From the NCBI RefSeq assembly GCF_009914755.1, contig NC_060936.1: 64,000 nt of DNA, one strand, 5' to 3'. Below, in pieces: positions 1 to 14,745 of this stretch. Under the pieces are notes generated by a model that was given only the letters and a program-made list of their open reading frames with translations, had not been told where the DNA came from and made no database searches. The position numbers and the translations under genes are program-made. Numbering within the stretch: position 1 is the first letter of the stretch; each line of letters begins with the position of its first letter. The DNA is from the human T2T-CHM13v2.0 reference genome, Homo sapiens.

Positions 1-19
1 TTAGATATTGTACTAGATT

Positions 20-467
20 TATTTAATTTATGGTCCCAGCCAATAACTTTCCTGTCCTTATATCCTGTGGAATGTGAATTCTCAAGTTCCTTACTTCAAG
101 AGGTAAAGTTTCTTTTTTCTTTTTTTCATCATCTCTTGAATATGAGCTGAGCATAGTATATACTTTGACTAATGAAATGCAGCAAAAGTGAGTTGTGTTA
201 TTTTAAGATCCAGGTCTCAGAAACCTTGTGTGCTACTGTTTCCATTGGATTTCTGCCTCAGGCCTGAGACCAAGTCTGGACTAGCCTGTAGGAGGATGAA
301 AGAATATATGGAGGAAAGCTAAATCTCGAGCATACAAGCCCCAGTCAAGATCAGCAGAGCCTGTTCTACAGAAGGAAAACTGCCTAGTTAACCAATAGGC
401 TGGTGATAAATAATAAATTGTTTTATTTCTAGAGTGATTCGTTATTCAATGACAACTTACCAATACA
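20..467 (+). mobile_element. Old MaLR solo LTR (MLT1 family), degenerate
   Basis: MLT1-like motifs 'ctttgactaatgaaatgcagcaaaagtga', AATAAA near 413 and a '...ccaataca' terminus; boundaries approximate. Confidence 0.55.
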
Positions 468-756
468 AAGCTCTATTCTTACATGTTGACTGCATATAAA
501 TCTCTCATTCAAATAGTCCACTCCCAGAGCAGTGTCTAGGTCAAAAGATCATATAGAAAAATAAAAAATAATGTAAAAATAGCTATAATAATGTGAATGG
601 ATCTACAAAGCAGTATTTTTTAATCTACATTTGTCACCCAGTCACCAAACTTAAATACCATGAGGCCCCACTCACTCCAAACTTCAATCCAATTCCAATT
701 TACACACATTCTTCAATTTTTACTCCTATTAATTCTGCATTGTACATTCTAAAACA

Positions 757-955
757 ACTCTACAAAAAATACAAAAATTAGCAGGGTGTGGTGGCCGCAC
801 GCCTGTAGTCCGAGCTACTGGGGAGAGTTAAGGTTGAAGGATCACTTGAGTGCAGGAGGTTGAGGCTGTGGTGTGCTGAGATCACACCATTGCATTCCAG
901 CCTTGCACTCCAGCCTGGGTGACAGGGAAAGACCACGTCTCAAAACAATAAAAAA
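757..955 (+). mobile_element. Old Alu (AluJ-like), right arm only, with 13-bp internal tandem duplication
   Basis: 'tacaaaaaatacaaaaattagc...atcacttgag...gaggttgaggctg' plus A-rich tail; ttgcattccagcc/ttgcactccagcc at 890-915. Confidence 0.85.
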
Positions 956-959
956 TATA

Positions 960-3153
960 AAATAAACTAACTAATAAGTTCAGCAAGGTTGACAGATTCA
1001 AAATCAAAATACAAATATCAATTATATTTCTATACACACACTGAACAATCTGAAAATGAAATTAAGAAAGTAATTCAGTTTATACTAGTATGAAAATATA
1101 AAATAGAAATAATATAAAAAAAGAAGTGCAAAACTTACACTCTGAAATCTACAAAACATTGTTAAAACAAGTTAAACCTCTAAATAATTAGAGAAACATT
1201 CTGTATTTATGGAATCAAAACACTTAACATTGTTAAGACAGCAACACTCCCAAACTGTCTACTGCTCAACAGATTCAATGCAATCCCTATCAGTACCCCA
1301 AAAGATTCTTTGTCGAAATTGACATGCTGCATCTAAAATTCATATAAAATTGCAAGGGACCCAAAATAGTCAAAATAATTTTGAAAATGAATAACAGGGT
1401 AGAAAGCTTCACACTTTCATATTTCAAAATCTAAGACAAAGCAACAATAATCACCACAGTGCAGAATTGGCACAAGGATGTAAACAAATGGAATACAATT
1501 GAGAGTCCATAAGTAAAGCCACACATCTTTGGTCAATTGATTTTTAATCAGGGTGTCAAGATCATGCAATGAGAAAAAGAATGGTGTTTTCAACAAATGA
1601 TGTTTCGTCAACTGTGTAGCTACATGCAAAGGAATGAAGTCAGACCCTTAACTAACACATACACAAAAATTTTCTCAAAATAGTCAAAGACCCAAATAGA
1701 AGAGCTAAAGCTATAAAACTATTACAAGAAGTCATGTGGTAAGCCTATACGATGTTGGGTTCAGCAATGGATTATTAGATATGACACAAAAGGCAGAAAA
1801 AAAAGATAAGTTGGACTTCATCCAAGTGAAAAAACCTTTTTGCTTCACAAGACACCATTAAGACAGTAAAAAATACAACCCATAGACTGGGAGAAATATT
1901 TGTAATTCATACATCCGATAAGGGACTTGTATCCAGAATATATAAATAACTCTGATAACTCAGTAACAAAAGGACAATCCAAATAAAAATGGGAAAAATA
2001 TTTAAATAGACATTTTTCCAAGTAAAGTATACAAATAACCAGTAAGCATGTGAAAACATGCTCTATTAGACATCAGGGAAATGTAAATCAACCCACAATG
2101 AAATACCACTTCACACCCGCTAGAATGGCTAGTATAAAAAAGTCATACAATAACAAGCATTGGCTAGTGGTAATGTAAAAAATGTTGCAGTCACCTTGGA
2201 AAACAGCCTGCACTTTCTTAAATTATTAAACAGAGAGTTACTATATGGTCTATCTATTCTAAGTTACATGACACTTAAAAATCATATCACTAGTTATATA
2301 CCTCTATAATTCTTACATAACTAAGAATTATATACCTAAAAGTAATGAAAACATATATCCACATACAAATGTGAACACAAATGTATATAGCAGCTTTATT
2401 TATAATAGCCAAATTGTGGAAACAGCCCAAGTGTCTATCAGTTGATGAATGAATAAACAAATGGTTGTATATTCATATGATGAAGTGTAATTTGGGCATC
2501 AAAAAGGAATAAAGTAATCTTGGGTGCTGGGGCAGAATGCTATATATTTGAAATCAAAACTCATGTGTTGAAACCTAATCCCTAAGTTGATGGTATTAGA
2601 AGGTAGGGCCTTTTGGTGGTGATTAAGTCATGAGGCCTCAAACCTCATGAATGGGATCAGTGCCCTTATAAAAGAGACCTCAGAGAGCTAGCTAAATCTC
2701 TCTACCATGGTAGGACACAGCAAGAAGGCACACTCTGTAAACCAGAAAGAAGAGCATCACCAGACACCAAATCTGCTGCTGCCTTGATCTTGGACTTCCC
2801 AACCTTCAGAACTGTGAGAAATAAATGTCTGTTGTTTACAAATAATCTAATTTACAGTACTTAGTTATAAAAGCCTGTATTGACCAATAATATTGCCTAT
2901 TATATAATTTTATTCAGATGAAATGCCCAGAAAAGGTACATCTGTAGAAACAAAATCAGATTACAGTTTTCCTGAGACTGGGTAGAGGTTGATAGCTAAA
3001 CGGTACAGGCTTTCTTTTCAAAGTGACAAAAATGTTACACAGTTGACAATGGTGATCACAGTTGCACACATCTGTGATTATGCTAAAATTCACTGTGCAC
3101 TTGAATGGTCAAATCATATAGCATGTACTATATTTCAATAAAATTGTCAAAAA
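960..3153 (+). mobile_element. Ancient L1 (L1MB-like) ORF2 3' part and 3'UTR, interrupted by MLT1A
   Basis: 'ttcagcaaggttg', 'agattcaatgcaatccctatc', 'acaatgaaataccacttcacacc'; ends 'tatttcaataaaattgtcaaaaaa'. Confidence 0.85.
2538..2889 (+). mobile_element. MLT1A/MLT1A0-like solo LTR nested in L1
   Basis: 'atgaatgggatcagtgcccttataaaagaga', 'gccttgatcttggacttcccaaccttcagaactgtgagaaataaat'. Confidence 0.85.
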
Positions 3154-3269
3154 ATAAATGATGACTTGGGTTTTTTTTAAATTGCATCATTTATTCTTGT
3201 GTGATTTTTCTTTGTAACTCCAAAGAGCAGAGTTTGAGAGTTTCTATTGATTCCACTTGGTATTTTGTG

Positions 3270-4920
3270 TTTTTCTTTTTAAATATTCCTAGTGACTGTG
3301 CAGTATTATTACATTGTGATTTAAACTTCCATTTTTCTGATGGCAAATAAAATAAGCATCTCTTATATGTTTCCTGTGTAATTTTGACACTCTCCTTTTG
3401 TGAAGTGCCTGTTTAAGGCCTTTATCCATTTTTCTGTTGTGTTTTTTGCCTTTCTCTTAAAGATTCATAGAAGTTCTTTATATATTCTGAAGGCAAGACC
3501 TTTGTTTGAAATACATACTGCAAATATCTGCTTCCATTTTCTTGCTTGCTTTTACACCCTTTAATAATGTCTTTTACTAAACAGAAATTATTATTTTAAT
3601 ATAGTCCACATCACAACTTTTTTTATAGTTAACGCTGTTGATAGCCTAAAGAAATTTTGCCTAGGCCAAGGTCATGAAGATACTCTCCCGTGTTTTCTCT
3701 TTGAAACACGAATGATTTTTTTTCATATTTTCATGCAAGTAAATATATAGCTTGAAATAGACATCAATATTTTGTTTCCTTTTTCCATATGGGTATCCAA
3801 TTAACCCAGAATTAATTGTGAAAAAAAGTATGTCTTTTCCTCATTAAATTGCTGTGATACCTTAATCATAAATTAAATAACAATATATCTTCAGGTCTAT
3901 TTCCTGGCTTCTGTTATTTTTGACTTGTAAGAATTGTATATTTGGCAGTTGTTGGAAGCAGTAGTGTCAAACAAATATTGTTTTGGGCAATATAGTATTG
4001 ATCAGGTTATTTATGTCTTTACAGATTTTTTAAACTATATGTTTTATTAATTGCTCAGAAAACAATGTTAAACTATCTGTGAAGATTAGAATTATTCTAT
4101 TTTTCCATTTATTTTTTGAAAATTTCCACTTTGTGTATTTTGATGTTATTTATTTTTCAAGTGTAAAAAATAATAAGTAAATTATCTGGGATTTTCTTCA
4201 CATGCAAGTATTAAATTTTAGATTTTATTTTTAAAAACCACTACAGGACTATTATTTTCTTTTTTTTTTTTCAATTTATTCTTGGGTGATTTTTTGTAAC
4301 TTGTATACATAAGATAACTGTCCATTTTATCTAAGTTGTCAAATTAATTGAAATTATTTCTTTTTATTATTACATTATGATTTTATCATCTTTAAGTTGA
4401 TAATTAAGTTGTTTATAAGTGTATTGCATAATTTTGCAAGTTTGGAGGTTTTCTAGGTTATTTCAATGTGGTCAGAAACTATAATTTAAATTATATCAAT
4501 TCATTGCAATTGTTAAGGCTTATTTTATAAAGCAGCATATTGTCAGTCTTGATGACTTTCTTATGTGCATTTAAATAAAATGTACTTTTTGTCATTGTTG
4601 GATGCAGTGTTCCATACATTCCAATTAGAACAAGTTTGATTTCAGTGCCCTTGTTTCACTTTTCCATTCTTATGGATGTTTGTTTCTTTTGTTCACTTTC
4701 ATCTATCAGCTACTGAAGGAGATATGTTAAAGTGTCAAACTGTGAATGCGACTATCTACCCCATTTGCTTTTACAAAATGTTGCTTTACATATTTTGAAG
4801 CTCTGTTATGGGGTATATGCAGGTTTTGAATCAAAACATGTTCTTCATGGGTTGATATCTTCATCTTCCTGAAATGTTCCTTTTTAGGTCTAGTGATGCT
4901 TTTTGCATAAAAATTTGAGG
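3270..4920 (-). mobile_element. Highly decayed L1M fragments (ORF2)
   Basis: Antisense L1 motifs 'tgtgaagtgcctgtttaag', 'gtccattttatctaagttgtcaaatt', 'tattttgaagctctgttat'. Confidence 0.65.
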
Positions 4921-5732
4921 CAACCAATAGCACTAATAAGTATATACAGTCAGGGAGAGAATTAATGAATTGGAAGTTAATATTGAGATATCATGCAGAG
5001 TGTTGCACAGAAGCACGATACTAAATATAAAAGGCAATTAAGGCATGTGGAGGTTGAGAGAATATTTTCTAACATAATTACCTTTTATATGTTTTCCCCA
5101 ATTCTCTATTTTTTTAATATATTTCTTTTCACTCATGGATTTACCAGCTGCCATATTTTCTATGTATGTAATAGCCATGCATAAAAAGTCATGTTTTTGT
5201 TTTTCTATAAGAGCCATATGTCACTCAAATTCATGTTATTTGTGTTGCAACATTTGTAGCCCCAATTGTTGAAACCTGGGCAAGGCCTATCTCATGCCTT
5301 TGACCTCACCATTTCAGACTTCCTCTTTTTACACTGTCAATTTCTCTTGATTCTTATGGTTTTAATATTTCTGAGTTCCTAGATTCCATCAACATGAAAC
5401 TACAACAAAACCATTATTTTCTTGGCAAAACTGTGGACATTTCCAAATATATACCATGCCCCCTCCTCCACCGGGAATCTACTCTATAACCTCAGCAGCC
5501 TGATTTGTGTTAGATGATGACAAGTTTGGCAGCAAAAGCTATTTTAAAAGGAGTTAGTGAAGAACAGTTGGTTTAAGTTTTACCTTTACCTGATTATCAG
5601 AATCATACTTTGATTAGCTCATATGTAGTTACCTTTTTAAATGCAAGATGTACAACACTTGTATTTTTTTCCTTATCTGTCATACTTTTTGAAACTATGT
5701 TTTTTTCTTATCCACATGAATAAAATCAAGTA

Positions 5733-6288
5733 CAATAGTTGCCCTTTATCTATAAAGGCAGTTTATCTATAAAGTAAAAGAGTTTTACTTTCCATGTTTC
5801 AGTTGCTCACAGTTAACTGCAATTCGAAAATACCAAATGGAAAATTCCAGAAATAAACAATGTATAAGTTTTAAATTGAAAGCCTTTCTGAGAAACATAA
5901 GGAAATCTCATATCAGCCCACTCCACTTTGTCCCACCTGGAATGTAAGTCATCCCTTTGTTCAGCATATCCAGTTGTCACTTAGTAGTAGCCTCACTTAT
6001 CAGATCAACTGTAATGGTGTCACAGCCCTTGTTTTCAAGTAACCCTTACTTTGCTTAATAATGGGCCCGAAGCACAGAATGAGTGATGTTGGCATAATGT
6101 TATAATTTTCCCATTTTATTACTATTGTTCCTAGTTTTGTACTATGCCTAATTTATAATTAAACTTTATTAAATGTATGTAAGTATAGGAAAAAATATAG
6201 TATATGTAAGATTAAGTACTTTCCGCGGTTTTAAGCATCTGTTAGGGTTCTTGGAATGTATTCTCCCGTGGATAAAGGGGGACTACCG
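5733..6288. mobile_element. MER44B-like Tigger MITE
   Basis: Degenerate TIRs caatagttgccctttatc / gataaagggggactaccg; about 555 bp; internal 'aaatggaaaattccagaaataaacaa'. Confidence 0.8.
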
Positions 6289-8044
6289 TGTTTGTCTAGC
6301 TCTGCTTCTTCAAAGGTTTTAACAAGTACAGAACTGTGTTATACATTTCAAACTTAGTTTTTTAATCACCTAGTAGCATTATGGGTTTCAGTTTAAAGAA
6401 ATATCACCAAGATAAGAGACTTAGTGAAATTTTACTACTTATTGAGAGTGAAGAAGGCAATTTCAGGCAAAGCCAGATATCTGATAGTAAATCTAATTAG
6501 CCCCGTATCAGCTCTTCTTTGAAAATACAAGCACCATGCTGTTAGCAATAAACTGAGATTCTAATGCCTTTCCAGGACTCCCAATTACAATGTTAAATCC
6601 AAGTGTAAATAATTAAATGTACATATATTTAACCTGAATTGCCCAATGGCCATGCTGTCATCACTTTCTGCCTCCCACTAAACTTTGTCAGTTGTTGGTA
6701 AAATAGCAACATGGTAATAAAGAAAAGGCGGAAGCAAAGGTAGTTAGAACATGATAGGCTCCACAGTGCTTAATCCATAAAGCAGGAAACACAAATTGGT
6801 GAACTGGAGTGATGACATGGTTACACTGAACTACAGAAAGAGGCCCCTTAGGGGACTAGCAGGAAGTAAATTGGGTTCTATTTTGAGATGATGGTTCATT
6901 TACATTGTTGTAATTATTTAAATAATTAATTTCATAATGAGAGAAGCTTATAAAAGCCAAAGACATGCTGAGCTGCAAATCTAAAATTCTCTGACGCTAA
7001 ATCAGAGGCGTTTGTCTTCCATAATACATACTTTATTATTTTAAAAATGGTATATAGTCTTTCAGTATTGCAGAGGCTGACTTGATAGGGTTTTCTTCTA
7101 ACCCAGACCAAGCAGAAAGAAGTTTTTTCCTTGCCAAGAAAACATGAAATGTTCATTCACATCCAGCTTAGGCAGCCAAGAGCCCTATAAAAAATATAAG
7201 GAGGATATGCAAGGTCAGGACCAAGGAGTCTGAAGGAGCAGAAACTTGCCAGAATGCAGTGAATCTGGTCTGTAAGGCAACTGTCAGTCTATAATAAACA
7301 GGTCAGACTAGGTGTGAGTCAGAGCATATTAGATAAAGGCAGTGAGTTAAACACTGCAAGGTTAGGTGAGATGGATAACCCTAGAGTCTCAGGAGGTTTT
7401 GAAAAACAGAAGGTCAGCAAAGACTGAGAATGTAGGAGAGAAACACTACAAAATCAAACACATAGAAGGAAAATCAACTTGACTTTATGGCAGATTTATT
7501 TTTTTTCTTGCCCTGTCAGAAGAAAAAAAAAAAAAAACGAGTGTAATTCTAGGCATGAGCACTTAAATGAGACATATAAGGGGAAAGTTTGAAAATTCAA
7601 TAAATAAATAATTATTTTTCTAATCTCTTTTGTAGTCTCTCCTCATAGGGATATCTTTACCTCCAATTCTTCGGTGATGTTAACACTGATATACTCTCTC
7701 TCCAAGAAACTCAGCATTTGCCCTGCTCTCAATTCTGTGCATGTAACAATAATAGCTTCATTGTTCTAGTTTTGTCTCTATGCCGTTGACCTTCACTTTT
7801 ATTGCACTTTAGCCATTTGCTTCCAATACTGCACCCTCAATTTTCTCATTTCCTGAACTGCTCTATCCCTGAAATCGTAAACACATGCTATTCCACTTTC
7901 AAGCAACAACTGCCTATCCTTCACCTAATTTCAAACCTCATCACTGTTCTTCAACCTCACCAAGATTTACAGATACTTTATTCCTGCTTTCTCTAAATCT
8001 TTGCAGTTTCTGTTCTTCCTTGCTTCCTTCTTTGGTTATTTCTG

Positions 8045-8128
8045 GGAAGCAGGATAACATAGTGGTTAACGGGATAACACAGTAATAAAGAATGCCTGAG
8101 TTTGAACTCCAGCTTCTTCGCTCTTTAG
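8045..8128 (+). mobile_element. MIR 5' part, split by the ERV
   Basis: 'catagtggttaa...tgcctgagtttgaactccagct' matches the MIR head; continues at 13901. Confidence 0.65.
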
Positions 8129-8587
8129 AGTCAATCTAAATAACAGAGAGAGGTTTTCTTAAACAATTATCTATTCGAAAATAAGACATTGCAACGAGAA
8201 CATGCATACTATAGTAAAAGATGTGCATATTCATGGAAGTAAAAGAAGACAAAGGTTTTTAAAGGAAAAACATGAGTATTATATAATTATTTTGCGAGAA
8301 TTATTCTTGGCTATAAGGATCAGTAACAAGGGTGGCACCATTCTGGGGCTGGACAGGCAGTTGCTGGGAAAATGTCTTCCCAGAAGTGTTTTTTTTGTGT
8401 AAGGTTGTAAGGACGTTTGTGAGAAGTTGTGGTTTTTGCAAAGTATTTTCTGGTAGTTTTTGTTATCAAGCACTTGCGCTTGAGAACCCTCTCTTCATGG
8501 CCTTTCCTGGCTCTGTTTGTCAGGGTTTGTTTTATGTTTTTGTTGTTTAACATAAATAACTCCATTTTTATTCTCACAGCATTCACA
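8129..8587 (-). mobile_element. MER67-type 3' LTR
   Basis: Reverse complement starts tgtgaatgctgtgagaataaaaatggagt; preceded on - by the polypurine tract caaaagggagaaa (8588-8600). Confidence 0.8.
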
Positions 8588-8775
8588 TTTCTCCCTTTTG
8601 ACGAAGATCTTTCTCTAAAAGCCTCAATGATTAAGCATCCTGTAGTTAGGTTTGGATTGTTCATCAGCATCAGGGTGGACCTGTCCCAGGTTTCTGGTCT
8701 GGTCCCAAACTGGAAGAAGTAATTGGCAATGTCAAAACTCTTTTAGCAACTAGAGAGGTTTGAAGGGAGAGACTT

Positions 8776-9040
8776 TCAGGTTAAGTCCACCTGGAGTCCA
8801 TTATGAAGTTCAATTTTGTCTGTTCCATGGTCTTTTGCTATCATCTCAAAGTGCTGGGTTAGCACTAGTCTGTTAGGAGTTGTACTTCTGCAAAAATTTA
8901 CTAAGTAACAGATACAAAGCTTTAAAAGGGAAATACAAAGCAAAACTAATAAGTTACATGACAATCCCAGTTTGCCTAATGATTTTGAGCTGTGAATTTA
9001 GGCTTAAAGGCTAACAATTGAATAAATCAAATGATCATTA
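8776..9040 (-). pseudogene. env TM C-terminal remnant (membrane anchor and tail)
   Basis: ORF 8776-8964 'LLVLLCISLLKLCICYLVNFC' is hydrophobic and lies just upstream of the PPT and 3' LTR. Confidence 0.55.
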
Positions 9041-9892
9041 TACAGCCAAGTGAAAAGATAGGCATTAAGAGAGCTTGTCTCATTATGACATGGAGCCTTA
9101 TTCTGATGTTTAGATAAAAGCTGTCTACAGTGTGAAAACATCAACTTCTCATTCTGGTTTGCAGTTTGAATGTTTCTGGCTAGGACATGGGGCAATTTGG
9201 TGAACTTTTGTGTGGCCCATACATTAAGCATGAAACTTGTGTTTTAAAATTATAAAATGATTCTCATCCACAAAATACTCATATATGACAGTTCAAAATT
9301 AATTGCTTCCTAGGTTTGCATGAGAAAATGTTACTAAAAGTTAAAATTCCAACTAATATAATGCAATTCTGTATATAAATTGTACCTAAAAAGTAAGATG
9401 TGTTTTAATGAGAAAAATCATATGAAAGGCATAAATATGTGCTCTTTATTGAGGAAAAATCTTAATTTTGGCTAATTTAGATATTCTTTAAAGTTTATTT
9501 CAAAAAGTAAATTTAGGAAGGAAATAGAAACAAGATGGAAAGGACCCAGTAGGTAGGAAAGAGAAATGTGAAGAAAGTTATGAATGTGAAAAAGCATTTT
9601 TGTTAAGAAAAGTCAAAAATAAAAATAATTTGTATAAAAAAGAAAATTTTGTGGTAAATTTTTGTCCTAAATTAAAATGACTGTTTATTTAAGAAAGAGG
9701 AATTATAGGACAAAGCAAAAGTCCACACATGTCATCAAAGGTTCATGCAGGTTGCCAAAGGTTTGTGAAGGATGCAAAAGAAATTTTGTGTATGCCCTAG
9801 TTGGCTATAATTTGAAGGGATGTATTTATAAGTCTTTGTAAAGATTGATGTTTGATATTAAAAATACACTGATGCAAAACTAATATTTAGTG

Positions 9893-10003
9893 TTTAACTT
9901 TTACGTTCAGGGGTACATGCACCGTATGTACAGGTTTGTTACGTAGGTAAACGTGTGTTACGGGGGTTTATTGTACAGGTTGTTTCATCACCCATAGTTA
10001 TTT
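9893..10003 (-). mobile_element. Short 3' end of an older primate L1 inside ERV internal sequence
   Basis: 'ttcaggggtacatg...caggtttgttacgtaggtaaac...ttgtacag..tttcatcaccc'. Confidence 0.7.
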
Positions 10004-10635
10004 ATTTAGAAACAAGACTTTTCTGAAATATTGATCTACTCTCAGAAAATCTGCAAAAGATTTTGATCTTGAATTTCTGTAGCTTTTTTCTGTTTTATGG
10101 ACTTCATTTAATTTCCCTAGTTTCAGGTTTGTAATGCTTCTTTTTTATTTAGAATGACAATTTTATATCTGGAGATAGAATTTTCCTCTTGAAGCTTCTC
10201 AGATTCATATCTCAGAAGTTCATGTGATTTGCAGTTCATGCATCATTGCCTTCTGCTCTTCGTCTTTCTCCCCTTGAGAAGGTCTGAGACAATAACTTTC
10301 TTCAACTTTTTCATTAGCTCTTGTAACATTTTCCCCCAGTTCTAACTCTGCTCTTAGGGCCTGATGCTGAAATATTAATCTTAATACCTAAAAAAGCAAT
10401 CTTTTCCTCTGGTAAAATTTGATTCTGTACTCTTAGCTTTTTTTGACATGTCTAAATTGTTTCATCTAACCGGGAAATTTTACATGCTTTTACTTTTTCT
10501 AAGATCTGTGTATTCCCCTGCTCGAGGTACTAATTTTGTCATTTACATTCCTCAATAATGTGGTACACACTCACAACCTTGGACACACATTCTTCTGGTT
10601 AAATTCAAATACCTTTTCATTAGGTTCAACTTCCA

Positions 10636-11404
<769 letters not shown>

Positions 11405-13559
11405 TAAATGGTGTCCAGAAGAAGACCTCAAGAAAGATCACTTCTGGTAGAAATTAGCCATTTCTAGAACTAGTGTGTAGTACCCATTTGAGCCCTTAGA
11501 GCACTCTGCTTCCATAGCTCACCTTTTCTTCCATGGTGAGTCTTCTTTCAGGTTGAGCCATCCTCTTTTTGCTTGAAGATTTTGACTTTATTCAGGATCT
11601 GATTTGGAGAAGGGAGTCTTACCAGACAACCTTCCATCCCGCCTGAGATGGTGAAAGACTGCCTTTTCTGGAAAGTTTGTATCTGGTATAAAGACAAATG
11701 TCTTTCTGGTGTGAGTGCTCTTATTTTTACAGAATTTATGTTCTGTCGGTAAAGCATGTATTCTTTGACAAATTTACTTTGGGTTTTTTCTGAGACCAAA
11801 AATAAACATTTTAAAAAGCCGGTACAGAATGGCTAGTTAAAAGCCACCAGGGCAGCAGCTGTCACCATCTAAAACACTGATCCAAACTCCTAATATCCCC
11901 TGATAGAATTTATGGGATTTCCTTTGCTCTCAAGTGATTAATATAAAATGGAAGGGGATTCATAAACATTAACACATGCCAGGTTTTCTGGGACTCCAGC
12001 TGGCTACATATTATGACGCATTCTCATGTACATTTTTATATTGATGGGAAAATTAAAGAAAATTCAGAGCTCAAATGATCATCATTAAAACTCTCTGTGA
12101 ACATCTCCAACTACAGAATTAATATGTGGAGCCTGTTAAGTTCTCTTTCTACTTTTTTTTTTCTGCCTACTTTGAATCTGCTGACTCTTCTGCAGGTGTT
12201 GTGAGAAAACTCATTCTTACGGCATTTTAGCCAAGATAAAAAAGACTTTTTAAAGTTTTAAAAGGCATTCAAATTAATGGTTTTAAAAATTACAACAGTT
12301 CAATGGCAATCAACAACCTAGACACTTTTTGGAAATGTAAATTTAAGTTTGCCTGACTAACAATTGCTGAGAATGATAGAACAGTTAATGATAAATTGAT
12401 GGTCTAAAAGAAAAGAAGTAGATAAATGTTTATAAAAGGATCTCAGACCATACAGTTTAAAATCTTAAGCTCAGTGAAAAAATATAAAGTATCTCTGTCA
12501 AGTATAAAAACTGCTTTGTCTACCAACTTTTGGCTAATAAATTTGACAATCTAATTGTCATTTGGATGAAACAGAAATAGTTCTAGAAAAATATGACTTA
12601 TCAATACTGAACAGAAATAAAATAAATATTGTTTGCCATATTTCTGGGGAACGCATGGCTTTTTCTGCCGCTCAGGGACCAGAAAAAGTGCTAAAGGAAA
12701 TAAAATAAAAGTGCTAAAATGCTTTCTCTCTTGCATTGACTAATCAAGCAATCCAGACTGGCAAAGAAAAGATAAGATTTGTTACTAAAAATTTCATACC
12801 ACTTAAAGATTTTATTTTTCTGGTGCAATTCAACTCATCATTGCTGAAACTGAAAATTTAACCCTAAAGTCAACTGAAACTAAAAATAGGGGAGAATAAG
12901 GATAAAATATATTTCTTGAAACCAAACTGCTTTACCCAAAATTTTGGTACACGGCCCTCATTAGATTATCATTTCTATTAGTCTTCAAATTCTCTTATCT
13001 TTTTACTTCTGCTTTGCTGCTTTTGGAGAGCCTCTCCTTATTTTTTATTTAGTTAACATAACTGTGTCAGCTGAAAATGAAGTTTAGCCATGTGAACAGG
13101 TCCTATTTTGTCAGAAATATAACTTGAATCCAACGGTCTTTTATAAGTTGTTGAGTTTGTATTACTATCTCATGTTTAAAATTTTAAAATAAAAGCCATG
13201 AGATTTGTATCTATATGTGTGTGTATGTGTTTACGTGTGTTTATGCATATGTACATGTATTATATTACAGTTGTGCCTACGTGGTAAAGATTTTGTATAG
13301 TCAACCAGAAATCCCTTAAGGAATTCTACTCAGATTGAATTAGATGAATGAATGTTTGTGTAAAATATACAATAATCCAAATGACTTTTAGTTCATGTGA
13401 CTTATGTTAAATATTTTTTTAAATAAGCTGGTTTTTAAATTATTGGTAAAATAAAAATAGAAGTGTCTTCAGAATTGTCAGCATACACTTGTACCTGGGT
13501 TTACTGTTCAGAAAGCTTTACATTTGTCTCTAATAGATGCTTTAAGGTGCTGGGGTTTG

Positions 13560-13900
13560 AAAAATGTTTTTAAAGAAAAAAAATGAGAATGATTACTTAA
13601 TTTTTTGAGATAATTATAATTGGACACAAGAACGTATCACAAGGATGGCACCAGTTCGAGGTTGGACAGGCAGTTGCTGGGCAGATATCTTTGCAGAAGT
13701 ATTGTTTGTTTGTGTAAGGTTGCAATGGCCTTTGTGCAAGTTGTGTTTTTTCCAGAGTCTAATGTAATAATTTTTGTTATCAGGTATTTATGCATGAAAA
13801 ACCTGTCTTCAGAGCCTTCCTGAGCTCTATTTGTCATGGTTTTGGTTTTGTTTGTTTGTTTGACATAAGTGATTCCACTTTGATACTAACAATTTTCACA
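13560..13900 (-). mobile_element. MER67-type 5' LTR, first ~340 bp only
   Basis: Reverse complement starts tgtgaaaattgttagtatcaaagtggaatcacttatg; shares 'ggacaggcagttgctggg' with 8351-8368. Confidence 0.8.
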
Positions 13901-14085
13901 TTAGATATGTGACATTTAGGAACACCCTTAATATCATTAAGACTCAATTCCTTTCTAATAAATGATTGTAAAATAGTACTAACTTATATGTCTGTAATAA
14001 ATATTAAAGAGGTATTTACTATAGGGAGATTAGCACAGTGCCTGAAACACTTTAAACACACAATATATTTTACCTGGTATTATTG
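13901..14085 (+). mobile_element. MIR 3' part
   Basis: 'tgtgac...ctcaattcc...aatagtac...ttagcacagtgcctg' continues the MIR from 8128. Confidence 0.7.
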
Positions 14086-14745
14086 TTAGCCTTTACCATG
14101 TTTTATCATCTCTACTATTTTAATATAAAACTTATATGTTAAATTACTATTAACTATTTGCCTTTCTATCTTTACTCAATATCCATGGCCAGCCTCATGC
14201 AAGTGTATAACTTCATCATCAAATGCTAATGAATTCCTTCTCCATCTTTAGTCTGAATTGCCCTCTTTGGGCTCCAGCACATGTATCACACATTCTATAG
14301 GACTAGTATGGTATGGATATCACACCAAATTTCAGCCTTAAAATATTCAAATATGAATGTATCACCATATTCCCTTCACATTATCATGCTCTTCATGATT
14401 TTTCCAACCTTGGTGATTGTGAAAACCAATGATGCACCTGCCAAGGAAAAATATTCAGAAGTTCGAATATTTATTCTCCTAAAATACCTATATCTAATTA
14501 CTTATTTAATTCTATACATCAATATTTCACATAACTTTTAAAATGTTTCTTCTCCTAATTATCCCTACCTTAGCATAATCCTTCTTTTTTCTTCTGTGGA
14601 TTACTGCAGTAGCCTTTCAAAAGTTGACTCCAGAATTTCTTCTCTCAAAACAAAGCAAAATTCATCTTTACTGCTTTCAGAATGCTTTTTTATATAATAG
14701 AAATCTAATAATAATATGCCTCTGCTTAGATTCTTTCAGGGGTTT

